The notes below the pieces were generated by a model, which had not been told where the DNA came from, did not search any database, and saw only the letters and a program-made list of their open reading frames with translations. From Nanobdellota archaeon (lineage in GTDB: Archaea; Nanobdellota; Nanobdellia; Pacearchaeales; GW2011-AR1): a stretch of DNA of 55,433 bases. The DNA is taken from NCBI GenBank assembly GCA_038044405.1, contig JBBTAC010000002.1, positions 1 through 55,433 of the forward strand, read 5' to 3'. The translations under genes were made by a program, and so were the position numbers. Shown piece after piece: positions 44,450 to 53,345 of the stretch. Numbering within the stretch: the first letter of the stretch is position 1; every line of letters begins with the position of its first letter.

Positions 44450-45276
44450 TTTTTAGCTCCAGCAACTTCAGCATATTCTTCAGTAATATCTTGGGTAAAT
44501 TTTCTCATACCTTCAAGAGTTTTATTATGTCTAAGAAGAGATTTTATAACTGAAAAAGGCATTGTCGCAATATCTGCTCCAGCAAGTGCAACTTCTCTAA
44601 ATTGTCTAGAGTTTCTTATGCTTGCAGCCAATATTTCTGATTTAATTCCTTGTAAATCAAAAATTTTCCTGCACTTTTTAATCAAATCAACACCTGAAAC
44701 AATCCCATTATCATTGAATATTGTCCCAAATCTTTTTATTCCTTCTGCAGGAAAATAATCCTCTTTGCCAAATCGCATTCTTCTCATTTCCCTCAAATAA
44801 TCATCTTCTCTTCCAGCAAAAGGGCTGACTATTTTCGCTCCAGCTTTAGCAGCAAGAAAAGCTTGTTCAGGAGTAAAAATTAAAGTGCAGTTTATAGGGA
44901 TTTTCTTACCAGATAAATATTTTATTGCCTTTATTCCATCTGCTTCATTTGAACAAACATTTTCCAAGCAAGGATCAACAGGTATTTTTATATAAACATT
45001 TTTTGCTATTTTGTTAAATTTTTTATATAAAATTAAACTCTCCTTAATCATTTCCTTAAAATCCGTCCCTACAACCTCTAAACTTACTCTAGCGTTTTTA
45101 GAAACCTTCAAAATATCTTTTATGTAGCTCTCAATATTAATTTTTTTATCTTTTAATTTTAATCTATCAACTTCATTCTTTATTAAACTAGGGTTAGTCG
45201 TAACACCATCTAAAATACCATAACTAGCAACTTCCTTGATTTCATCTAAATTAGCGCTGTCTATAAATATTTTCAT
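44446..45276 (-). CDS. tal: Transaldolase, TalC/FSA short-family type, with insertions
   Basis: MKIFIDSANLDEI...GVTTNPSLI, Schiff-base VYIKIPV, NCTLIF, VSPFAGR, AASIRN. Confidence 0.88.
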   Translation of the reverse strand: MKIFIDSANLDEIKEVASYGILDGVTTNPSLIKNEVDRLKLKDKKINIESYIKDILKVSKNARVSLEVVGTDFKEMIKESLILYKKFNKIAKNVYIKIPVDPCLENVCSNEADGIKAIKYLSGKKIPINCTLIFTPEQAFLAAKAGAKIVSPFAGREDDYLREMRRMRFGKEDYFPAEGIKRFGTIFNDNGIVSGVDLIKKCRKIFDLQGIKSEILAASIRNSRQFREVALAGADIATMPFSVIKSLLRHNKTLEGMRKFTQDITEEYAEVAGAKK

Positions 45277-45378
45277 TTTCTCTTTTTTATATAATAATAA
45301 ATAACTATTTAAAATATGCTAAGTCACTTCAATATTGTAAATAAAAACCATTATAAACATCATTATCCTTTTCAAGAA

Positions 45379-45828
45379 ATGGGAAAAGAAGTGATTTACA
45401 TTGGTGCAGATCATTCAGGATTCCAACTAAAAGAAAGAATAAAAGAATATCTTGGAAAAAATAAAATTCAATATGAGGATTTAGGAGGTCGTGGAGATAA
45501 GAATGACGACTATCCAGATTATGCCTTCAAAGTTGCAGAAAAGGTATCTAAAAATAAAAATTCTAAGGGAATTTTAGTTTGCGGAACAGGAACAGGCATG
45601 GTAATTGCGGCAAACAAAGTAAAGAGTATTAGAGCCGCATTTGCTTACGATTCTTATTCTGCAAGGGCGTCTAGGGAGCATAATAATGCAAATATTTTAT
45701 GTTTAAGAGGAAGAAATTTTCAAGAAAAGAAAAATCTTCAATTAGTTAAAATTTGGCTGAGTTCTGTATTCAGCGGAAAAAGCAGACATGAGAGGAGATT
45801 AAGGAAAATAGTAAGATATGAAATATGA
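45379..45828 (+). CDS. rpiB: Ribose-5-phosphate isomerase B
   Basis: GADHSGFQLKE, GILVCGTGTGMVIAANK. I chose the internal ATG at 45379. The stop overlaps the rpe start (ATGA). Confidence 0.9.
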   Translation: MGKEVIYIGADHSGFQLKERIKEYLGKNKIQYEDLGGRGDKNDDYPDYAFKVAEKVSKNKNSKGILVCGTGTGMVIAANKVKSIRAAFAYDSYSARASREHNNANILCLRGRNFQEKKNLQLVKIWLSSVFSGKSRHERRLRKIVRYEI

Positions 45829-46466
45829 GAAAGATAATTCCCACAATATTAGCACATAATAAAGAAGAATTTAATAAAAGATTTGAAAAACTAATCAAGA
45901 TATCTAAAAATCTCCATATAGATTTTATGGATGGAAAATTCGTAAAATCAACAGGAATAAAAATCAGTCAAATTCCAAATCTAAAAAACTATAATATAAA
46001 CTTTGAAGCTCATTTAATGACAATTAATCCAGGAAAATACTTATTATTACTAAAGAAAAAAGGATTCAAAAAAATAATATTCCATTATGAAGCGATTCAA
46101 GAGGGTAAAATAATTAGTATAATAAAAAAAATAAAATCAAATAATATGAAAGCGATTATAGCATTAAACCCAGAAACACAAATAAATAATATTATTCCAT
46201 TTCTAAATAAAATATCTGGTGTACTTGTTATGGGAGTATACCCCGGGAAAGAAAATCAGAAATTTATTTCAAAAGTATATGAAAAGATAAAAGGATTAAG
46301 GAAAATAAATAAAAAAATAAATATCCATGTCGATGGCGGAGTAAATTTGTCAAACATCAAGAAATTAAAAATGTTGGGTGTGAATTGCATAAATTCAGGC
46401 AGTTTTATTTCAAACTCGATAGATCCAAAGAGGGCGTTAAGGCACTTAGAGAAATCATTTATTTAA
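45825..46466 (+). CDS. rpe: Ribulose-phosphate 3-epimerase
   Basis: IIPTILA, HIDFMDGKFV, AHLM, VMGVYPGKENQKF, VDGGVN. Confidence 0.85.
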   Translation: MRKIIPTILAHNKEEFNKRFEKLIKISKNLHIDFMDGKFVKSTGIKISQIPNLKNYNINFEAHLMTINPGKYLLLLKKKGFKKIIFHYEAIQEGKIISIIKKIKSNNMKAIIALNPETQINNIIPFLNKISGVLVMGVYPGKENQKFISKVYEKIKGLRKINKKINIHVDGGVNLSNIKKLKMLGVNCINSGSFISNSIDPKRALRHLEKSFI

Positions 46467-46468
46467 AA

Positions 46469-46552
46469 CATCAAGATTTGCTGTTCACAAATAGCAAATC
46501 TTGTGTGCTCAAGAACCAAGCAATTAAGAATAGTCTAAAGGTTCTTGACATC
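46469..46552 (+). repeat. Double-hairpin element related to the 3' half of the 5784/28087 repeat
   Basis: CAT-CAAGATTTGCT-(loop)-AGCAAATCTTG (46472-46503), then GCT-CAAGAACC-(loop)-GGTTCTTG-ACAT (46510-46550). The conserved flanks catCAAGA...TCTTG and gctCAAGA...TCTTGacat are the same as in the repeat, with different but complementary inner stems. The second arm overlaps the last codons of pgl. Confidence 0.6.
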
Positions 46553-47224
46553 AGTAAAAACATAGGAATCTTCTATTGAATTAATAAGTTTTGCTGGACA
46601 ATCTGCAATTATCAATTTATTATTCATAAAGTTTTCATAAGCTTCTCTTTTCTCTTCACCAAAGAAAAGAAGCAGTCCACATTTAGATTTCTGCAATAAT
46701 CTTCTAGAAGCCGAAATTCTATCAGAAGGCAGTTTAGGAGATTCTTTCACATTTACAAAAAATTCAGAAGGGTCTTTTACAGACGAATTTGGAAATAAAG
46801 AGCCAACATGCCCATCTTCTCCAGAACTAAGCAATATTATATCATAACAGTCTGAAATTAATTTCAATTCGTTTTTGTATGCTTCTAGTCCTTTATTCAT
46901 AGGCAGATTAAAATAAATATAGGGATGCATGTTATTGCTCAATAAAAGTTTCTGTTTTGTCAAATATTCTAGAAATATATCATAAGCTTGTTTGAAATTT
47001 TTTCCCGGGTCATTACCAATTGTATCATCAATCATAAAGATATGCACTTTATCCCATTTTATATTTTCATTTTTTAAAATATTAAGAACACCAATTATGG
47101 ATCTTCCGCCAGGAATTGCAAGAACAACTCTTTCCTGTATTTTCAGGAGAGAATTTATCTTTTTAGCAATAAGTTGCGCGGCTTTTATTTCAAGTTCTTT
47201 CCTTTTTCCATTAATTATCTTCAT
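46535..47224 (-). CDS. pgl: 6-phosphogluconolactonase
   Basis: [22 protein letters not shown]. Overlaps msrB by 4 nt. Confidence 0.85.
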   Translation of the reverse strand: MKIINGKRKELEIKAAQLIAKKINSLLKIQERVVLAIPGGRSIIGVLNILKNENIKWDKVHIFMIDDTIGNDPGKNFKQAYDIFLEYLTKQKLLLSNNMHPYIYFNLPMNKGLEAYKNELKLISDCYDIILLSSGEDGHVGSLFPNSSVKDPSEFFVNVKESPKLPSDRISASRRLLQKSKCGLLLFFGEEKREAYENFMNNKLIIADCPAKLINSIEDSYVFTDVKNL

Positions 47225-47619
47225 TTTACTTCCTTTTTCTTTTTAAAACCTAAAGCACACGAGTTTATACAATAACGTATACCAGTTGGAGCAGGACCAT
47301 CCTTAAAAACATGTCCTAAATGCCCCCCACATTTCTTGCATATGACTTCGGTTCTTTTCATAAATAAAGAATCATCTTCTTTTAATATAATAGAGTTTTT
47401 TGCAGCAGGACTATCAAAACTTGGCCAGCCAGTTCCGGAATCAAATTTAGTTTTAGAAGAAAATAATTTAGCTCCACAAGCTGCACAAACATACATTCCA
47501 TCTTCTTTATTATGCAAAAGCTTACCCGTAAATGGAAGTTCTGTGCTTTTTTTCCTCAATACTTTAAATTGTTCAGGCGTTAATTTTTTCTTCCATTCCT
47601 CTTCTGTTTTAGCTATCAT
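47221..47619 (-). CDS. msrB: Peptide-methionine (R)-S-oxide reductase
   Basis: Zn CxxC pairs CAACG and [34 protein letters not shown]. Confidence 0.93.
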   Translation of the reverse strand: MIAKTEEEWKKKLTPEQFKVLRKKSTELPFTGKLLHNKEDGMYVCAACGAKLFSSKTKFDSGTGWPSFDSPAAKNSIILKEDDSLFMKRTEVICKKCGGHLGHVFKDGPAPTGIRYCINSCALGFKKKKEVK

Positions 47620-47680
47620 CTTTTTGCTGAATATTTATTTTTTTGCTTGAAGATTTTTTAAAATCTTCTTTCTAAAATCT

Positions 47681-48880
47681 TCATTTTCTGCTTTTCTCCA
47701 GAGCAACTATCCCAAGTAATTTATCTCCACTTATATATTTTATTAAAGCCCCTCCAGATAAACTATTGTAGGAAAACTTATTTAGAATCTTATATTTTTT
47801 TATAGTGGTGGTTAAATGCCCTCCACCTATAATACTAAAGACATTTTTCTTGGAAGTCAATTCAGATATATATTCGAGTAATTTTTTAGTGCCGTAACTA
47901 AATTCATCTATCTCAGAAAATCCAAGTGGCCCCTTCATAAAAATATAGTCCGCCTTATCAATAAAATCCTTAAATAATTCTATGGTTTTTTCATTCACGT
48001 CATATATTTTATAATCGTAAGGTATTTCATTTAAATCAGCATTAACCCTCTTTCCATTTTCTCCAAGCAGTCCAAAATCAACTGGTAAAATAATCTGGTT
48101 TTTATATTTAGAATATATTTTCTTCAATTTAGGTATAAGAGAAAAATAATTATTGTCTTTTAACCATTTGGATTCATATCCCAAATCATAACCCTTGATA
48201 ATTAAAAATAAATTAGCCAAAACACCAGCACAAAGCATTTTGTTTCTTTTATCTTTCAAGAATTTAAATAAAGGAATATAGTCCTCAACTTTTGATCCTC
48301 CAAGAATGAATACTTTATTTTTTCCGCGAGAATTTTCAAATTTTGATAAAGCTTTTAACTCATTTTCAAATTCCAGACCAATAGCACAAGGTAAATATCT
48401 TGGAGGAAGAATAATACTTCCTTGCAATCTATGGGATACTGAAAATGCCTCATTAATGTATAAATCAAATAAACCGCAAAATTCTCTATATTTATTTCCC
48501 TTCATCTCGATATTAATCTCGTCATTATACTCTCTAACATTCCTCAAAATTATCACGTCTTTAATATTCAAATTATTTATTTTATCTCTAGAAACATTCC
48601 CAAACAAATCATCAACATATTCTACTTTTCTTCCGATAAAATTAGACAGAATTTTTGCATGCTGTTCTAATGAAGTAAAATCTCGATCTCCTTTCCTCCC
48701 TTGATGGGCAATTACAACAACTTTCGCATTTTTATTTATCAAATATTTAATAGTCTTAGCAGACGCCTCAAATCTAGGATTATCAAGAATTTTTCCATTG
48801 ACAACAGGACTGTTAACATCTATTCTTAATAAAATTTTTTTATTCCTTACATTAATTTCTGCAAGTTTACGAAGTTTCAT
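47681..48880 (-). CDS. pgk: Phosphoglycerate kinase
   Basis: RIDVNSPV, AHQGRKG, ILGGSKVED, IGGGHL. 399 aa. Confidence 0.9.
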   Translation of the reverse strand: MKLRKLAEINVRNKKILLRIDVNSPVVNGKILDNPRFEASAKTIKYLINKNAKVVVIAHQGRKGDRDFTSLEQHAKILSNFIGRKVEYVDDLFGNVSRDKINNLNIKDVIILRNVREYNDEINIEMKGNKYREFCGLFDLYINEAFSVSHRLQGSIILPPRYLPCAIGLEFENELKALSKFENSRGKNKVFILGGSKVEDYIPLFKFLKDKRNKMLCAGVLANLFLIIKGYDLGYESKWLKDNNYFSLIPKLKKIYSKYKNQIILPVDFGLLGENGKRVNADLNEIPYDYKIYDVNEKTIELFKDFIDKADYIFMKGPLGFSEIDEFSYGTKKLLEYISELTSKKNVFSIIGGGHLTTTIKKYKILNKFSYNSLSGGALIKYISGDKLLGIVALEKSRK

Positions 48881-48881
48881 C

Positions 48882-49874
48882 TTACTTACCCAAAATCAGT
48901 CCTGCAACCCCAACTAATCTATTAGAATATCCCCATTCATTATCATACCATCCAGATATGCTTACTAATTCATCAACTACTTTTGTTAATAAAGAATCAA
49001 AAACACAAGAATGTTTATTATGTATTATGTCCGAAGAGACAATAGGGTCTTCTGTATATTGCAAAATTCCCTTCATTCTTCCTTCAGCTTCTTTCTTAAA
49101 AGTCTTATTAATCATTTCTTTTGTAGGTTTTTTTGATAGTTTTGCTACAATATGGCTTATTGAACCGTCTATAACAGGAATTCTTAAAGCAAATCCGTCA
49201 ATCTTTCCATTTAAATCTGGAAAAATCTCTAAAATTGATTTTGTTGCCCCAGAACTTGACGGAACAATATTCATTGCTGCAGCTCGTCCTCTACGCATAT
49301 CTTTTTTATCATCACCATCTATTAGTTTTTGAGTTGCTGTGTAAGCATGAGCAGTGATAAAATGTGCATTAATAATTTTAAAATTATTATGTAAAACACT
49401 AACCATAGGGGCAATGCAATTGGTAGTACAGCTTGATGCAGAAATTATCTTATGGTTACTCTTCAAATCTTTGTTATTAACTCCAAATGCAATGCAAGAA
49501 TCATGTCCATGAGCAGGAGCTGAAATCAAAACTCTTTTAGCTCCCGCATTAATATGTTTTATAGCTCCTTCTCTTTCTGTAAAAACCCCTGTGCATTCTA
49601 CAACTAAATCTATCTTTTCTCTTTTCCAAGGCAGTTTTTCAGGGTCAAGCTCATGAAATACTTTTATCTTTTTACCATTTACAATTAAGTTATTTCCATC
49701 ATGAGAAGCATTTTTTAATGTTTCATGTACAGAATCATATTTTAATGAATAAACAATATGGTCCAGGTCTTCAGGATGATTTATAAAAAAATTCCATTTT
49801 GCATTAGATTCTAAAGCAGCAAGAAAGAATTGCTTTCCTATTCTACCAAATCCATTTATTGCAACATTAGCCAT
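48882..49874 (-). CDS. gap: Glyceraldehyde-3-phosphate dehydrogenase, class I (bacterial/eukaryotic type)
   Basis: VAINGFGRIGK, catalytic ASSCTTNCIAP, WYDNEWGYSNR. Confidence 0.93.
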   Translation of the reverse strand: MANVAINGFGRIGKQFFLAALESNAKWNFFINHPEDLDHIVYSLKYDSVHETLKNASHDGNNLIVNGKKIKVFHELDPEKLPWKREKIDLVVECTGVFTEREGAIKHINAGAKRVLISAPAHGHDSCIAFGVNNKDLKSNHKIISASSCTTNCIAPMVSVLHNNFKIINAHFITAHAYTATQKLIDGDDKKDMRRGRAAAMNIVPSSSGATKSILEIFPDLNGKIDGFALRIPVIDGSISHIVAKLSKKPTKEMINKTFKKEAEGRMKGILQYTEDPIVSSDIIHNKHSCVFDSLLTKVVDELVSISGWYDNEWGYSNRLVGVAGLILGK

Positions 49875-49952
49875 TTTTCCTCTTTTATTATATATGAATT
49901 TAAGATTAAAAGGTATATAAATTTTGAGGAAATTAATATTTAGTTTTAAGAT

Positions 49953-51788
49953 TCACAAGAAGCCACTCATGACATCAACAATCCATTTAGCACTAATTTT
50001 ATACTTATCCAATAATTCTTCCATTGTTCCAGAATGAGGGGCTTCTTTAATAGCTAAATGTTTTATTTGAATGTCGCTATTTGCCAATTCAGCAAAAAGC
50101 ATTTCTCCTATTCCACCTTCTTTATAATGGTCTTCTGTTACAACAATTTTACCGCCGTGCTGTCTTATAAAAGAAGCAAGTTTCTTTATATCTAATGGTT
50201 TAATACAATAAAGATCAATAACAGCGCTATTAATTTTCTTTTGCTTTAACATATCATGTGCTTTAAGAGATTCATGAAGAGTTATACCGCTTCCTATCAA
50301 AACAATTTTATCTTCTTTTGACTGTTTAATTACTTTAAAATCCCCTAGGGCAAATGATTCTTTTTCGTTATAAATTAACTGCGTTTTTGGTCTAGTTGTT
50401 CTTATATATTTCAATCCTCTAGTAGTCGCAGCCAAATGCAGAAGTTTTTCTGTGGATATAGCATCAGATGGATAAAAAATAATTGATTTAGGTATGGACC
50501 TGAATAAAGCAATATCTTCTAATCCCATTTGCGAAGCGCCATCTTCTCCAATGGATACACCAGAATGACTTCCGCAGAGAGTAAAATTTGGATTGGACAA
50601 AGCAGACATTCTAATTTGATCATGCGCTCTTGTTAAAAAAGATGCAAAACTAGAAGCAAATACATTAAATCCTTTTTTTGATAAACCCAAAGCCATACCA
50701 ATCATATTTTGTTCAGCAATATATGCTTCAATAAATTGCATGGGAGTTTTTTCTTTAACCTTCTCAGAAAAAGTAGAATTGCTTACTTCCCCATCAAGAG
50801 CTAAAACACCTGGGTCACTCTTAGCCAAATTAGCCAAAGCATTTCCATAAGCAGTTCTTGTAGCAATTAATTCTGAAGATTTATATTTAGTTAATTGCAA
50901 GCTTGATTTTTTAATTTCTTTACTAACTTTTAATAAGCCCAAAGTAGGTAATCTTATTTTTACCTCAGGCATTTTTGGTTCAGGTATTAATTTTAAAGCC
51001 TTTTCAAGCTCTTTTTTAGAAAGTGCTTTTCCATGCCATCCATTTTTATCTTCAATAAATTTTACACCTTTCCCTTTAAAAGTTTTCGCGATTATTACAC
51101 TTGGTTTGTCTGATTTTCTAGATTTTTCAAATGCTTCTAAAATCTGTTTTATATTGTGCCCATTTACATTAATAGCATCCCAGCCAAATTCTTTAAATCG
51201 AGATTCATACTTTTTGATATCATGGCCGAGCATAGTTTCTCCTGTTTGACCTAATCGATTGACATCAATTATAGCTGTTAAATTGTTCAATTTATAATGG
51301 CTGGCTAATTGCAAGGCCTCATATATAGATCCTTCAGAACATTCGCTATCTCCCAATAGAACATAAACCCTAGAGTTTCTTTTCTGAATTTTCCCAGCCA
51401 TAGCCATTCCAGCCCCAACAGATAAACCCTGGCCAAGAGAACCAGTTGCAACCTTAATCCAAGGTAATAAAGAAGAAGGTATAGGATGACCTTCTAGAGT
51501 GCTTTGTAGTTTTCTTAGTCCAGATAGATTCTGTTTTATGCATCCTGCACGATATAATGCAGCATACAATATAGGTGCAGCATGCCCCTTGCTCAATATA
51601 AATTCATCATTATCAGGATTATCAGAATTCTTTACATCATAAGAAATAGCGTTAAAAAATAAAGAAGACATAATTTCCGCGCATGACAAGCATGAACTAA
51701 GATGCCCGCTTCCAGCTTCAGTAGTCATTTTCAAGACATCCCTTCTCAAAATATTAGCTATGTCTTGCAGTTCCCTTTCGTTTGTCAT
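49953..51788 (-). CDS. tkt: Transketolase, single-chain (unsplit)
   Basis: SGHLSSCLS, LSKGHAAP, LGDSECSEGSIYEA, GEDGASQMG. 611 aa. Confidence 0.93.
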   Translation of the reverse strand: MTNERELQDIANILRRDVLKMTTEAGSGHLSSCLSCAEIMSSLFFNAISYDVKNSDNPDNDEFILSKGHAAPILYAALYRAGCIKQNLSGLRKLQSTLEGHPIPSSLLPWIKVATGSLGQGLSVGAGMAMAGKIQKRNSRVYVLLGDSECSEGSIYEALQLASHYKLNNLTAIIDVNRLGQTGETMLGHDIKKYESRFKEFGWDAINVNGHNIKQILEAFEKSRKSDKPSVIIAKTFKGKGVKFIEDKNGWHGKALSKKELEKALKLIPEPKMPEVKIRLPTLGLLKVSKEIKKSSLQLTKYKSSELIATRTAYGNALANLAKSDPGVLALDGEVSNSTFSEKVKEKTPMQFIEAYIAEQNMIGMALGLSKKGFNVFASSFASFLTRAHDQIRMSALSNPNFTLCGSHSGVSIGEDGASQMGLEDIALFRSIPKSIIFYPSDAISTEKLLHLAATTRGLKYIRTTRPKTQLIYNEKESFALGDFKVIKQSKEDKIVLIGSGITLHESLKAHDMLKQKKINSAVIDLYCIKPLDIKKLASFIRQHGGKIVVTEDHYKEGGIGEMLFAELANSDIQIKHLAIKEAPHSGTMEELLDKYKISAKWIVDVMSGFL

Positions 51789-51934
51789 TTTATTCTTTAT
51801 TCTAATATTTCAAAGTTAAAATCCTATAAAAATCTTCGTTTTTTCAGTAGTATTAATATTAATTATAAAGTAGTAAATAAATGTGTTTTATAGTGCAAGA
51901 GATAATTTAAAAAATCTTCTTTCCTATTAAATTC

Positions 51935-53287
51935 ATGAAAAAGCAAGAGGTGAGCTTTGTCTTATTCGGTGGCACAGGGGATTTAACAAAAAGGAAAATT
52001 GTTCCAGCATTAGCTAATTTAATTCATCAGGGTAAAATTAGAGATGATTCAACAATAATAGGAATTTCAAGAAAAAAAATTTCGGATGAGGAATATAAAA
52101 AATTCCTATTAGATTCAGTAAAAGAAGACAGAGATAAAAGTTATATAAAAAAATTAGATATAAAATTCTTCACTGGAGATTTCACGAAAAGCGGTTTATC
52201 AGGATTGAAGGAATTAATAGAAAAATCAGAAAAACCAGGATGCAGCAGAATATATTATTTATCGACAAGCTTCAAATTCTTTCCAGATATAGTCAAAGAA
52301 TTAAAAAGCCAGAACCTGCATAAAAAAAATCAGGCCTTTACAAGAATAGTATTCGAAAAGCCTTTCGGCAAAGATCTAAAATCATCTGAAAATCTAGATA
52401 AAGAAATCCATAAGGTCTTTTTAGAAGAAAATGTTTTTAGATTAGATCATTATTTAGCAAAAGAAACAGTTCAAAATTTAAACGTGCTAAAGTTCACAAA
52501 TCCTCTTCTTTATAGCACATTTAACAAAGAATATATAGAATCAATAGAAATTATAGTTGACGAAGATCAAGGTGTAGAAAATAGAATAGAATACTACAAC
52601 GATGCCGGAGCTATCAAAGATATGTTTCAAAGTCATCTACTGCAAGTTTTGTCCTTATTATTAATGGAAATGCCATCTGCGTTAGTATATGATAAAATCC
52701 ATGATGAAAAGGTCAAGATTCTAAAAAATTTAGAAATTCTTCAGTCAAAACATCATCTTCTAGGTCAATACGAAAGCTATGAGAAAGAAGCAAAAGTTTC
52801 TGGTTTAAATAAAAGCAAGATAGAGACATTTGCAAAAATAGAGTTAAATTGCAAAATTAAAAAATGGGATAGTGTTAAATTAATATTAAGAACAGGAAAG
52901 AAATTAAAAAGAAAATTTGGGCAGATAATAATAAAATTCAAGCCGATGAAAAACAATGGTAACCATTTAGCAAATATTGCAGATAATAAAATAATCATAG
53001 ATATATATCCTAAACAAGACGTATCTATTTTTATGAATACTAGAAGTCCAGAATTTTATAATCAAGTAAAGCAGGCAAAATTCGAATTCTGTAGAGAATG
53101 TGAATTCGGTCCAAATACAATGAACGAATATGCAACTCTTTTACACGAAGTTATCAAAGGAGATAAAACTCTTTTCACTCGAAGTGACGAAGTTAAGGAA
53201 AGTTGGAAAATAGTTGAAAGGATAGAAAAAATGCGCGATCAAATAAAATTCATAAAATACAAGGATAATTCAAATCCAGAAGAATAA
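51935..53287 (+). CDS. zwf: Glucose-6-phosphate 1-dehydrogenase
   Basis: FVLFGGTGDLTKRKIVPAL, EKPFG, RLDHYLAKE (cf. RIDHYLGKE). Confidence 0.93.
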   Translation: MKKQEVSFVLFGGTGDLTKRKIVPALANLIHQGKIRDDSTIIGISRKKISDEEYKKFLLDSVKEDRDKSYIKKLDIKFFTGDFTKSGLSGLKELIEKSEKPGCSRIYYLSTSFKFFPDIVKELKSQNLHKKNQAFTRIVFEKPFGKDLKSSENLDKEIHKVFLEENVFRLDHYLAKETVQNLNVLKFTNPLLYSTFNKEYIESIEIIVDEDQGVENRIEYYNDAGAIKDMFQSHLLQVLSLLLMEMPSALVYDKIHDEKVKILKNLEILQSKHHLLGQYESYEKEAKVSGLNKSKIETFAKIELNCKIKKWDSVKLILRTGKKLKRKFGQIIIKFKPMKNNGNHLANIADNKIIIDIYPKQDVSIFMNTRSPEFYNQVKQAKFEFCRECEFGPNTMNEYATLLHEVIKGDKTLFTRSDEVKESWKIVERIEKMRDQIKFIKYKDNSNPEE

Positions 53288-53345
53288 ATAACTAGAAAAT
53301 AGCAACTATGAAAAAGTTTAAATATCTTTTATATTTGAAAAATTC

